Shown here one piece after another: positions 1 through 10,875 of a stretch of 34,932 nucleotides of DNA. Where the stretch lies: positions 2,439,897-2,474,828 of the forward strand of contig NC_068983.1 in the NCBI RefSeq assembly GCF_001194135.2. The letters are read 5' to 3'. The DNA is from Octopus bimaculoides. Lineage: Eukaryota. The notes under the pieces were generated by a model. The model was not told the origin of the DNA and made no database searches. It saw only the letters and a list, made by a program, of their open reading frames with translations. The first letter of the stretch is position 1. Every line of letters starts with the position of its first letter. Position numbers and translations under genes: made by a program.

Positions 1-33
<33 letters not shown>

Positions 34-560
34 TTATGTATATGTATGAGTATATATTAACGTTAATGATTGTGGTATTAGCAATCTGATTATGTAATCG
101 ATTGACAAAAGCGTTGAACGCTGAACGATTGCTATTGAGAAAAGCTGTTATTTATGGCAACATGATGCGCGTCATGTGCTGTTTATCTGGTTTCTTTTAG
201 GATTGAAACGTCAACGAAATACGTAATATAAGGCTAATGTCTAATGCAAACATAATGCATTATAAATTAAGATATTATTTCGCATACTTAATGCCTCTGT
301 GTTGGCCAACGACTGGAATTCGTTTCGGTGGCGAATCGATTATGTTCAACGATAAGCTGAAATAACAGCGAAATATCGGTATCTCGTTCTTGTTCAGCTC
401 CGGCGCGATTCGTTTTGCCTGTCACTGACAGATATTGTGCCCTTTTTTCTTACTCTATGTTTTAAAGAGGACTTCTCTGGACGAAATTCCGCAGTCTAAA
501 AGCGTTGAGCAACACACAAGCATTAAATTAGTGATTTTTACTATACATACTTACATTCAC

Positions 561-591
<31 letters not shown>

Positions 592-820
592 TATATATTC
601 AATTAAGTATCACTAACATTATTTTTAATAATGTTAGTGGTATGGTAGTGACATTTATAGGCAAAATATAAATAAAATACAGAAGGGTATTGAAATACTA
701 CTTGCTATGAAGAGAGCTGTCGCTCTAAACAACAATTTACTCACTATAAACGCACACGCGGTGAATGTGATAACTATAACAGAGACAGGCTTACCTTGCG
801 TGGAATACATAAGGAAGGAT

Positions 821-896
821 GTGTATATTCCAGGATCTATAGATTTCGCTTTGTGTATTTTTAAAAATACTTAAGCTCATCAGCTGCACTAAACAC
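821..896 (-). ncRNA. Type I hammerhead ribozyme motif, intact core
   Basis: The minus strand reads gtgtttagtgcag-CTGATGA-gctt..aagc-GAAA-TCTATAGA-TC-ctggaatatacac. Helix I is 13 positions with 3 mismatches (884-896/821-833). Helix II is gctt/aagc plus an apical palindrome gtatttttaaaaatac (855-870). Helix III is the palindrome ATCTATAGAT (835-844). The triplet is AUC, with predicted cleavage between 834 and 833. Confidence 0.8.
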
Positions 897-1000
897 GTAA
901 TCAGTTATTTCTGAAATATTCATCAGATTACACCATGTGCGTTCTTCATTTGAATGCCTCGTATCATTTAAAAAGCGAACATAATGCGAGATCATTATTT

Positions 1001-1109
1001 ATATTATTTACATTATTTACATTTGACGAGACACAACGTTTTGGCTGATATATCCTCAAACCTTCATCAGGTGTCTTGGGGAAATTTCAGACCTGGGTTC
1101 TCATTCCTA
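1001..1109 (-). mobile_element. Inverted, head-less copy of the 3' part of the HHR-bearing SINE
   Basis: 1031-1109 is the reverse complement of 1312-1390 at 70/79 identity, ungapped. 1001-1028 (tatttacattatttacatttgacg) matches the taatgtaaa tail at about 1420-1460 after a deletion of about 30 bp. Confidence 0.85.
1029..1076 (-). ncRNA. Degenerate hammerhead motif (G12>A)
   Basis: The minus strand reads agacac-CTGATGA-a-ggttt..cagcc-AAAA-cg-TT-gtgtct. Helix I is a perfect 6 bp; GAAA is mutated to AAAA. Confidence 0.7.
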
Positions 1110-1124
1110 CGCCATATGCCCATA

Positions 1125-1196
1125 GGCATATGGTGTAGTGGTTAAGAGCGCGTGCTACTAACCTCAAGATTCCGAGTTTGATTCCAGGCAGTGACG

Positions 1197-1275
<79 letters not shown>

Positions 1276-1488
1276 CAACAACAACAACAACAACAACATC
1301 GAAAAATACCTTAGGAATGAGAACCCACGCTCGAAATTTCCCCAAGACGCCTGATGAAGGCTGGAGGGTATATCAGCCGAAACGTTGTGTTAACAACAAA
1401 CAAGATGAGGACAAATATCCGTCAAAAGTGAATAATGTAAATAATGTAAATAATGTAAATAATTCCTCGTCTCTTAAATATAGAACTG
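1125..1488 (+). mobile_element. tRNA-derived SINE with internal (AAT)n(AAC)n and a 3' hammerhead motif
   Basis: It has an A-box-like TGGTGTAGTGG (1131-1141), a B-box-like AGTTTGATTCC (1175-1185), a microsatellite (1199-1297), an HHR (1346-1391) and a (TAATGTAAA)x3 tail (about 1433-1460). The 3' boundary is approximate. Confidence 0.75.
1346..1391 (+). ncRNA. Minimal type I hammerhead ribozyme motif (PLE type)
   Basis: The sequence is gacgc-CTGATGA-a-ggctg(gagggtatat)cagcc-GAAA-cg-TT-gtgtt. Helix I is gacgc/gtgtt (2 GU pairs) and helix II is 5 bp. Helix III is the palindrome ACGT, which can only form in a dimer. The triplet is GUU, and there is one extra A after A9. Confidence 0.75.
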
Positions 1489-1601
1489 AATAACGCGAGT
1501 TATTAATAAATTTGAATTTAAATAAATATCACTAACATTGTTAAATATATATATATATATGTATACGTATGTTAGTGCAAATAGGAAAAGTACAACTACC
1601 C

Positions 1602-1711
<110 letters not shown>

Positions 1712-2076
1712 ATACATACATGTGTACGTATGTATGAAAAACCACGAGAAATTGTAGATATGTGGGAATTGGGCGACTGAAAAAGCATCGCACGAGAAGT
1801 TAATGATTGGTAATCAATGAAGGACACTGAGCGCCCTCTACTAATAAACCTATTAGACAAGTGATCCAGTCCAGCAACGGGTAGCTTGCAGAGCTGGTTG
1901 AAGTCTTTCCATGGGAGAAACTGAGAGAGATCGGTTCAACAGACTTTGTCAACCATAGAATTACTTCTGAAGGGATGTGTTCGTAATCATTCAACGTTAC
2001 TACTACCACCACTACCCCTGCTACTAACGAGAACACTACCATCTCCATCATTACAGCCATCACCACCACCGTCACT

Positions 2077-2158
<82 letters not shown>

Positions 2159-2203
2159 CTATCAAACAGCGTATTCTAGTTCAATAATCGATTTCTTTAG
2201 TAC

Positions 2204-2250
<47 letters not shown>

Positions 2251-2325
2251 NNNNNNNNNNNNNNNNNNNNNNNNNNNNNNNNNNNNNNNNNNNNNNNNNN
2301 NNNNNNNNNNNNNNNNNCTTCTCTC

Positions 2326-2361
<36 letters not shown>
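2077..2361. repeat. (ATC)n, (TA)n, gap 2251-2317, (CT)n
   Basis: Read directly from the sequence. Confidence 0.95.
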
Positions 2362-2362
<1 letters not shown>

Positions 2363-2861
2363 ACATTTTTCTCATTTGGCAATCCTCTTTATTCCATTCT
2401 TGCTTCCACCATTCTGTTTCCTTTTTTTCGTCTTCCTTCCCTTAGTTCCTCCAATTTTTAGCCCTAACGTCAATGGCATTCTCCCCCTCTCCCCCTCCCC
2501 CTCTCTCTCACCCTTTCGACACATTCCAGTAGACCAATATACTCGAGATGGTAGAGACTGTTAATCACAGCAATGAGGAGTGCCATTATTTTGGTTAATT
2601 CATGATTGTGCTTTCAAACCCTGGAGGTTACATTTACCTTTCATCTCATGCATATCGATCAAATATTCACCACTAACATATCAGATCGATGCCATTACCT
2701 AAGTATCGCTTCTACAGACAGCCAACTCCATGTTCCACAATGTTAGATATATTATTTGTCGTCATCAGACTATTTCCATTTTATGCAATCCGATATTCTT
2801 TGCTTCTTTCGACTCTAAATTGGTTTTCATTTCTGTATTGTTGTTATTATTATTACACACC

Positions 2862-2992
2862 GAACAAAATGCTTAGCTTCTGCGTTCAAATTCTTCCGAA
2901 GTCGACTTTTCCTTTTCATCCTTTCAGGGTCGATCAAATAAGTACCAGTTGAGCACTGATGTCGATGTAATCGACTAACCCCTCCTGTGAAA
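2862..2992 (+). mobile_element. SINE family A, 5'-degenerate copy
   Basis: It shares gtcgacttt(g/t)cctt..catcctttc..ggtcgat.aa.taagtaccagtt and tgtaatcga with 22938-23150. Confidence 0.85.
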
Positions 2993-3282
2993 ATGTATAG
3001 ATATGACACAATGAGGAACATGTTTCTGTGTAGATGCATAATCTATAAATTTGCGAATTGATTAAAAGAATAATTTGTGACTTTACATTTTAAACCCTGT
3101 GCTATAATACTTTTCATTCTCCTCATCTAAATAGTGAACTTCGGTTCCTAGACACCTTGCTACCTATGTATTCATTCATATACGCCTCTTATTTTCCACC
3201 CTGCTCCCCACTCACCATTTTCAACACCATTTTCTGATTTACCAATATCGCTTTTTTTTTTAATTCTCTCCGTTTAGTTTTC

Positions 3283-3310
3283 TTGACTAAGGACTTTAAT
3301 TCGAAACGTC
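3283..3310 (+). ncRNA. Decayed hammerhead-like motif
   Basis: The sequence is tTGACTAA-ggac-ttta-attc-GAAACGTC. GAAAC-GTC with the ACGT palindrome is intact; the CUGANGA half and helix II are mutated. Confidence 0.35.
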
Positions 3311-4675
3311 ACATCTATCTGGTGTACACTCACGTAGTGATTTTATCAGGTTTGTTTAATGTATTGTTACCATTTGTTTCTCGTAAATCAGCTCATATAT
3401 TTCACAACCACGTGTATATATTCTTAAGCTTACTTTCTTCTTCCTTTTGTTTCTCCTGTTTTCTTATCTCTCGTTATTCTTATTTTAGTCTTTGTATGAA
3501 ATTTTCACTTTTGATATTGTATTTCTCCCTCCCTGTTATCACACCTTCCATCAACTTTCACAAAAGACGAAAAAAACTTAATAAACTTCGCAACGTCAAT
3601 ATCGCTCTCTACATCTCTATTGCCTCCAGTGTCTCTAACTTATCTTCAATCATTTTCTATTTCATTTATTCTCTGTTTCATTTCACAATTTCCATCTCGT
3701 CTAATAATGCAATATTTTACTTTCTCAAACAAAACTAATATTCCATTATTTATAATTTCACTATCTTTTTGCTATTATTTATTTTTACTTCTTGTTTTCT
3801 TCTCTAGCATTTCTAAATAAATATTCATATATTTTATTTACATCGATTCTTAATGATTTAGTGAAGAGATAGCAGTATCGTTAAGCTATGCAGTCGTTTT
3901 CAGTGACTACCTGGTGATTTACTCAGGGATGGACCTCAGCGATCGTTTAACAACCTGTTCGGGACGAACGCGGGGGGGGGGAGACAACTGAGCTGGTGAT
4001 ACTTGAAGTGTCATGGCGGATGTTCTCGTGCACATATCGCACGAATCCAGAACAACATACAATACTCATGCTTCTCCGTAAGACGGCAAGTAAAGCGTGA
4101 TTTGGGAAATGAGGATGCTGCTATTTCTAGTAGAACGAGTGGACATGAACAATTCTGAAAAGCAATGTTGGCTCATTCATGGAAATGAGAAATTTGGAAT
4201 CAGTGAACATCAATCATTGAAACGCTCATAATTTATAGAATATCTTCCAAAGACACAATGTAAGAATTTCAGCAAGAACTGTCTCATTGATATGAACTGT
4301 TTCCACTGAGGATAGGAATTTCTTTAAGATTTCCATAATATGACACTGGGCTGTTCGATAAATATATTCTAGTTTTGACAGTAAAGAGGAGGAAATGAGA
4401 AAATTGCAAGTTTTACCTTTCTTAATGGCGGACATAATGCGAACTGAGAGAAAACGAGGACTAAAAACATGTCGCCATTATTGCATATTTCAGATAATCG
4501 ATAATTGATAATGGATAAATTAATGTCAAATAATTAGTCATAATCGGATTGTTATTGATCCAGATACCTTTGTACCCAGCTCCAGCACCAGTTAATTGTG
4601 ATATATGAGTGAATCAACAGCTGTGCTGTCACGATGTGCACACGAATTCGAGAGTTGCACAACAACAATGCCACA

Positions 4676-4737
<62 letters not shown>
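4676..4737. repeat. (CT)n microsatellite
   Basis: Read directly from the sequence. Confidence 0.97.
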
Positions 4738-4743
<6 letters not shown>

Positions 4744-5318
4744 TGATCAGCCTGGCACCCAGAGATAAGATGAGGTCAACATGACTGTATATTACTGGTT
4801 GCAAGGGGGTAGTCAGGATTTCAAGAGTGTCTCGTCGTGCAGCCCACAACATTCCATGAAATGTTCGGAACCAGAGTTGTTTTCCTCCGACCAATGCAGT
4901 AGTCTCAAGCTCGGGTAGAAATACCCAAGCTCACCAAGACTTTGAGACATGTGGAAGCAGTTTGATGGGGTGTGGTCTTAGTGTACATTACGGTTTCTTG
5001 GAATCACCAGTGAGACCTGTACGCCAGGCTGGGGAGCTGGAGTCAATGGTGGACGATTGGATCCTAGTGAAACACGAGAAGTTGTCCCACCCCATACTAA
5101 CAGCATCCCTCACCCAACACCCATACTAACAGCACTACTAACCATTCTCTAACATCCCGGCACTAAATACACGTTATCATATCAATAAAGATCCTTGAAA
5201 CAGATATAATTCTATAGAAATGACCGCTGACGGAGTGCGGCTCTTCGTTCGTTTCTTTCACAAACTGCGTTACTGTAAATACATAATTCCATATATGGAC
5301 ATGCACTAAAAATATTCA

Positions 5319-5320
<2 letters not shown>

Positions 5321-5407
<87 letters not shown>

Positions 5408-5735
5408 CTACACACTCACACAGACACACAAGCACACACAAGCACACACATACATACGCCCGTATATTCAAGCACATACATTTCTATCATTTTTGAAGCC
5501 AGTTTTCTACATTGAGAGAGAGAGAGAGAGATAGAGAGAAAGAGAGAGAGAAACAAAGAAACAGAAAGAGAGAGAGAAACAGAGAGAGAGACGGAGAGAC
5601 AAGAAGTGACAAGGAGAGAGACGGAAAGAGAGAACGCGTTTTGGGGAGTGGTAGAGAGAATTTGTGTAAGCATGTGAGAGAAATCGTGTAAGAGAAAGGA
5701 AGGAAATGTGTGTAGATGTACATGCATGTGTGCGA

Positions 5736-5767
<32 letters not shown>

Positions 5768-5811
5768 CTGAGTATGTGTGTGTGCGTGTGCGTGTGTGTG
5801 TGTGTGTGTGT
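5321..5811. repeat. Compound (CT)n/(CA)n/(GA)-rich/(TG)n tract
   Basis: Read directly; about 55 bp of unique spacers interrupt it. Confidence 0.9.
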
Positions 5812-7344
5812 AATGAGCACTATCTAATAGCTATCTAACAGTGAAGATGATACTGTGTATTTTCCACTTGAAATGTCCGATCCATCAAATGATGTTAGTC
5901 TCGATGTGATGTAAAACACGAAAGAGCTTTATTCTAAATAGCGAATTCTATATTGTATTATAGTTTAATGCTTAGATTTGATTCATATTCGGTATCTGTC
6001 TTTAAATAAATATTTCCTAGTAGTTTTCAGTTTGAAGGATTAAAAAGGAATTGTGAAAAACAGTTGAGCATCGGTGAGAACCGATTAGATCAAACTGATG
6101 GAGATTTTGCAGAATAACGGCAGTGGACAGAGGAGACAATGGATGGCGCGAGGAAGAAAATGTTGCCATTGTCGTAAAGACAGACATACATACAAAAATA
6201 TCCTATTGTTTGTGTTAAATTTCCAATGAAGGAGCCTTGGATCTAGGTTAGGAACCGGCTCTTTCTCTATTGGCAAGAAATCTTGAAATAAAACTGACCA
6301 ATGGCATACATACATACATACAAACATACATACATACATACAAAAATATGTGATGTTCCCACTTCTATACACGAAGAGAAAACCTGGGGCCCAAAGCGGA
6401 AAGGAGCAAGATCTCTGAAATAATTGTTTAACATTTGTAAGAAACATTTCTTTGTTATTATGTTAAACTGTCGTATGTCCAAATTTGGCCAAATGCGTTT
6501 TATTTTCTCAGTATTTAAATTTGCTTGCGATAGCCGGTTCTTTTGGTCAAACTATCGTATCTCCATCTGCTTCAGATGCCAAGATATGAATATTGTCAAA
6601 GTGTAGTACAGTAGTTTAGCAGTTTTTCAAAAGTGTAGTAAGTCCCACAAACTACAGTTTTGCAAAATCATTTCTGACTGAAAATATCAAACATGCATCC
6701 AACAAAGTATTATTGTCAAGCTGAAACTCGCTAATGTAAAAAGAAATGGAATGGCGAAACTTTTTTATTTTGTTTTCTGAAGCATCGTTTTGGACTTACG
6801 ACAATTTTGCATAATAGCAACGATTTGCAAGTGACTTTCTTTGCTATCATTTTGTTGAACTTTGATTTAAATCGCTGACGCTATTTAAGTCTAATTCATC
6901 AATTATTTCAACTAATTACATATCTATAATTAAAATTGCCGATGAGTTTTGAAAGATGCTTATGAAAACTTCCGCAGAGTGAGATTGAACTGAAAATCAC
7001 GGAGTTGTGAAACAAAGCACACAACAGCACGTTTACAGCTGTGTCCAATAAACAACAAAAGACGTTTGCTTCCACAGTGTCATGTCTTGCAGCCTCAACA
7101 ACGCAAATGGTTCATTTATTTATTTATTTATTTATATAAATTCTTCAATAACAAAGTAAATGTGGTAATATTGTTTGTCTTGACAGCATCCTGAAGCGTT
7201 TCAACATCTTTAACAACAATACCACCACCGACACCACCACCACCAGAAACAACAGCAGTGTTAATACATTAACACATATTCTTTTTCCCTATAATCTATC
7301 TCTTTCTCTCTCTGTCTCTCTCTCTCTCTCTCTCNNNNNNNNNN

Positions 7345-7376
<32 letters not shown>

Positions 7377-8317
7377 TAGATATGCATATATATACATACT
7401 TATATGTACATATTTACATCTATATATATATATATAAGTGCATATGTGGGCACAGGATGTCACGAAACGAGTACAACAAAAAATACGAAGTACGAGTACC
7501 TGGAATATGAACTATTTTTTCGAACAACAAAAGCCACAAATAGAAAAAAAGGCAAAGAGCACAAAGAACGACCTTTCATCAGTTGACTGCTTCTTTTTTT
7601 TTTTCCTAGTCTCATATTTCGAGCATTTAACAAGATACGCTTTCGGTAAAACAGTTGCTCCTGCAAAGCAAATCAAATAAAATTTGGGATTTTGTGGAGG
7701 GCCAAAATTGGAAACACAAACAGGACATTGGAAACAAACAGGAAGGGCTGCTAAGCTTCAACGAGGTTGAGGTGGCGAACGCGTAAATCAAGATTAGGAC
7801 AGGAGACAAACAAGAACACGTCTTCTTTGTTCCAGCTACAACAGAGAGAAAGAAAGAAACACAAGTCAGGAGAAGAAAGATGGCCGATGGTCATATATCA
7901 TATATCTGTAGCGTTGGATTTGGGTAAAAACGTCGTAATGCGCCCTTAAAAGCTGCTCTGCTTCTTGTCGGCTGCCATCTGTTAATTCCGTCTCTCAGGT
8001 TTATCCAATGGTATCGTTATGCAGACGGAACTCATTTCAGCTTAGGACAAATATAATAATAAAACACAATAATAATAGTTGGGTGGAAATTAATAGGCTT
8101 TATTAGTGCATCAGAATATATGTTTCCGTAACCCACATTTTTAGTCAACAATTTTTCATATTCATATGATATTCCTTAAGATTACTCGTAACTATTAAGA
8201 GTAATTTTAAGGAATATCATATGAATATATGAAAAATTGTTACTTGAGTGTAGAAACATATGCTGTAATGTATTAATATAGCCTGTCAATTTCCATCCGC
8301 ATATTATTATTGTTATT

Positions 8318-8358
<41 letters not shown>

Positions 8359-9155
8359 ATATATCTGTCTATCTATCTCTGCTCCTCTCTCTACCCACTG
8401 TTGTTTTTTTTTTGTGAATTCTCCCTATATATATATATATATNNNNNNNNNNNNNNNNNNNNNNNNNNNNNNNNNNNNNNNNNNNNNNNNNNNNNNNNNN
8501 NNNNNNNNNNNNNNNNNNNNNNNNNNNNNNNNNNNNNNNNNNNNNNNNNNNNNNNNNNNNNNNNNNNNNNNNNNNNNNNNNNNNNNNNNNNNNNNNNNNN
8601 NNNNNNNNNNNNNNNNNNNNNNNNNNNNNNNNNNNNNNNNNNNNNNNNNNNNNNNNNNNNNNNNNNNNNNNNNNNNNNNNNNNNNNNNNNNNNNNNNNNN
8701 NNNNNNNNNNNNNNNNNNNNNNNNNNNNNNNNNNNNNNNNNNNNNNNNNNNNNNNNNNNNNNNNNNNNNNNNNNNNNNNNNNNNNNNNNNNNNNNNNNNN
8801 NNNNNNNNNNNNNNNNNNNNNNNNNNNNNNNNNNNNNNNNNNNNNNNNNNNNNNNNNNNNNNNNNNNNNNNCAAAAAAGGTGTTTTTCTTGTATGATTGT
8901 GTATAGAGGAATATATTATTTTGTTTAAAAGAGTTCCAACATTGTCTGTTTTTTACGTTTTATTTATATTCCTGCAGAACCAATGTGGGGTATAGAATAT
9001 GGAATATACAATATATAATATAATATACAATATATAATACAAAATAAAATAAAATAAAAATGGATGGCACCATGAAATAAAGTATTGAATGTAGATGAAA
9101 TATTGAGTGTTCAATATAAAGGATCAAATATATAAATATAAGTATAGTATATAAA

Positions 9156-9195
9156 GGCGACTCGAGTTTCAGGGCTATTTCCCTTCGTCATGGCC
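9156..9195 (-). ncRNA. Minimal hammerhead motif with a 1-nt insertion in the core
   Basis: The minus strand reads ggc-C(a)TGACGA-aggg(aaatag)ccct-GAAAC-TCGA-GTC-gcc. Helix III is the palindrome ACTCGAGT and the triplet is GUC. Confidence 0.7.
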
Positions 9196-9200
9196 GGTAT

Positions 9201-9325
9201 GACAGACTTTATGGGGAGAATTCACACAAAAAAAACAACAGACGAAGACAGGTAGTGTAGAAAACAAATAGATGTATTAGTATAACGCTCAGGAATTGAA
9301 AAAGTCTTTAACATTTCGAGCCTAC
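9201..9325 (-). mobile_element. Repeat fragment ending in gtgaattctccc, with a half-hammerhead at its 5' break
   Basis: The same terminus (tgttgttttttt..gtgaattctccc) lies on the plus strand at 8398-8425. The minus strand begins gtaggctcGAAAtgtt (9325-9310) next to the SINE B copy. Confidence 0.55.
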
Positions 9326-9333
9326 GGTCTGAA

Positions 9334-9492
9334 GGGCTTCTTTCAGTTTCCGTGAACCAAATCCACTCTCAAAGCTTTAGTCGACCCGAGGCTATAGCAG
9401 AAGAAATTTAGCCAAGGTGCCACGCAGTGGGACTGAACCCGGAACCATGTGGTTGATAAACAAGTTACTTACCACGCAGCCACTCCTACGCC
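9334..9492 (-). mobile_element. SINE family B, 5' half (tRNA-like head)
   Basis: The minus strand has ggcgtaggagtggctgcgtggtaag.. and a B-box-like ggttccgggttcagtccc, followed by gcaccttggc. It is homologous to 22761-22912 and 27691-27850. Confidence 0.85.
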
Positions 9493-10040
9493 TATATATA
9501 AGTTTTTGCAAAAAGTCAAAATACAATCATAATATTTAAAGAAAGATTTTGTTCAAAGTTATTAACTATTTAAAAAAATATTCATTCGAAAGACAGAATA
9601 TCACGACCTCTTTGGAAAGAAGTTTTCCTATTGTGTTTTGTGCGTAAGCGCTTTCGCAGTTCAACTTTTCAAACAGCCGTGTTCTTGATTAATCCGGAGA
9701 GAGGAAGTTGTGTTTTGTTCTTTCGCAAAGGTTCGTGACATTTAAAATAAAACTTTTTACGCAGTTAATAACTTTCTAGTAAATATTTCTTTAAATGAGT
9801 ATGTGTATGTGTGTGTGAGAGAGAGACAAACAGACAGACAGAGAAAGCGTCTGTGTCTTTGTGTGTGTACATATATGTACAATGTGTGTGTGTATATATA
9901 CATACATATATAAATATAAATATATATGTATGTGTGTGGGAGAGATAGAGAGAAAGAAACGGACAAACATACAGACAGACACGTACATACAGAGAGAAAG
10001 AAAGATGTATATATCTATAAAACCTCTTCACATATATATA

Positions 10041-10092
<52 letters not shown>

Positions 10093-10483
10093 ACTGACTA
10101 TAAAGAATTGATNNNNNNNNNNNNNNNNNNNNNNNNNNNNNNNNNNNNNNNNNNNNNNNNNNNNNNNNNNNNNNNNNNNNNNNNNNNNNNNNNNNNNNNN
10201 NNNNNNNNNNNNNNNNNNNNNNNNNNNNNNNNNNNNNNNNNNNNNNNNNNNNNNNNNNNNNNNNNNNNNNNNNNNNNNNNNNNNNNNNNNNNNNNNNNNN
10301 NNNNNNNNNNNNNNNNNNNNNNNNNNNNNNNNNNNNNNNNNNNNNNNNNNNNNNNNNNNNNNNNNNNNNNNNNNNNNNNNNNNNNNNNNNNNNNNNNNNN
10401 NNNNNNNNNNNNNNNNNNNNNNNNNNNNNNNNNNNNNNNNNNNNNNNNNNNNNNNNNNNNNNNNNNNNNNNNNNNNNNNNNNN

Positions 10484-10842
10484 NGTGGTGGCGGTGGTGG
10501 TCACTGCGGCGAAGCCGTTGACGGACAATCGATGGCAAGGATGAAATCGGTGAGGAGGAGGAGGTGGATGAGGAGGAGGAGGTGGAGGAGGAGGAGGTGG
10601 AGGAGAAGGAGGTGGAAGAAGAAGAAGAACAAGAAGAACAAGAAGAAGAAGAACAACAACAACAACAAATCAAAGAATAGTGTGCGAGGCAAAGTGTAGG
10701 AGACAGCTGTCGTAGCGATATTTTATTGTTGGTGAATTTGTTGGCGAGAGAAAGAGAGAGAGAGAGACAAAGAGAGAGAGAGAGAAAGAGAGGGAGAGAA
10801 ATAGAGAGAGAGAAAGAGAGAGAGAGAAAGAGAGAGAGAGAA

Positions 10843-10873
<31 letters not shown>

Positions 10874-10875
10874 AA
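10484..10875. repeat. Compound (GGT)/(GAG)/(GAA)/(CAA) and (GA)n tracts
   Basis: Read directly; it follows gap 10113-10483. Confidence 0.9.

Noticed and set aside
340-390. gctg-aaataa-cagc-GAAA-tatcggta-tc, a hammerhead-like 3' half
   Set aside because: There is no CUGANGA or helix I. The same gaaatatcggtatct 15-mer occurs at about 13479 without the stem, so it is more likely an unrelated repeat.
901-930. Second CTGATGA on the minus strand (920-926) near GAAA
   Set aside because: No helix II can form between them; tatttc/gaaata sequesters the GAAA.
3333-3728. Minus-strand frame resembling a decayed coiled-coil protein (..ENFIQRLK*E*REIRKQEKQKEEESKLKNIYTWL..)
   Set aside because: It has 10 stops in 132 codons, about what random AT-rich DNA gives, and the K/E richness follows from purine bias.
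4740-5080. GC-balanced block with WVPG and AETTAL on the minus strand (RNase H-like)
   Set aside because: The motifs are in different frames with stops, and other catalytic motifs are missing. A profile search would be needed.
7560-7590. CTGATGA on the minus strand followed by aaagg..ccttt
   Set aside because: No GAAA follows the stem.
7748-7785. CTGCTAA-g-cttcaac(gag)gttgagg-tggc-GAACGCGTA
   Set aside because: It has three core lesions and no helix I, which is too degenerate to call.
10484-10680. Acidic reading frame (DEIGEEEEVDEEEE..QQQQQIKE*)
   Set aside because: It is explained by compound trinucleotide microsatellites. There is an upstream in-frame stop and no splice or homology evidence.
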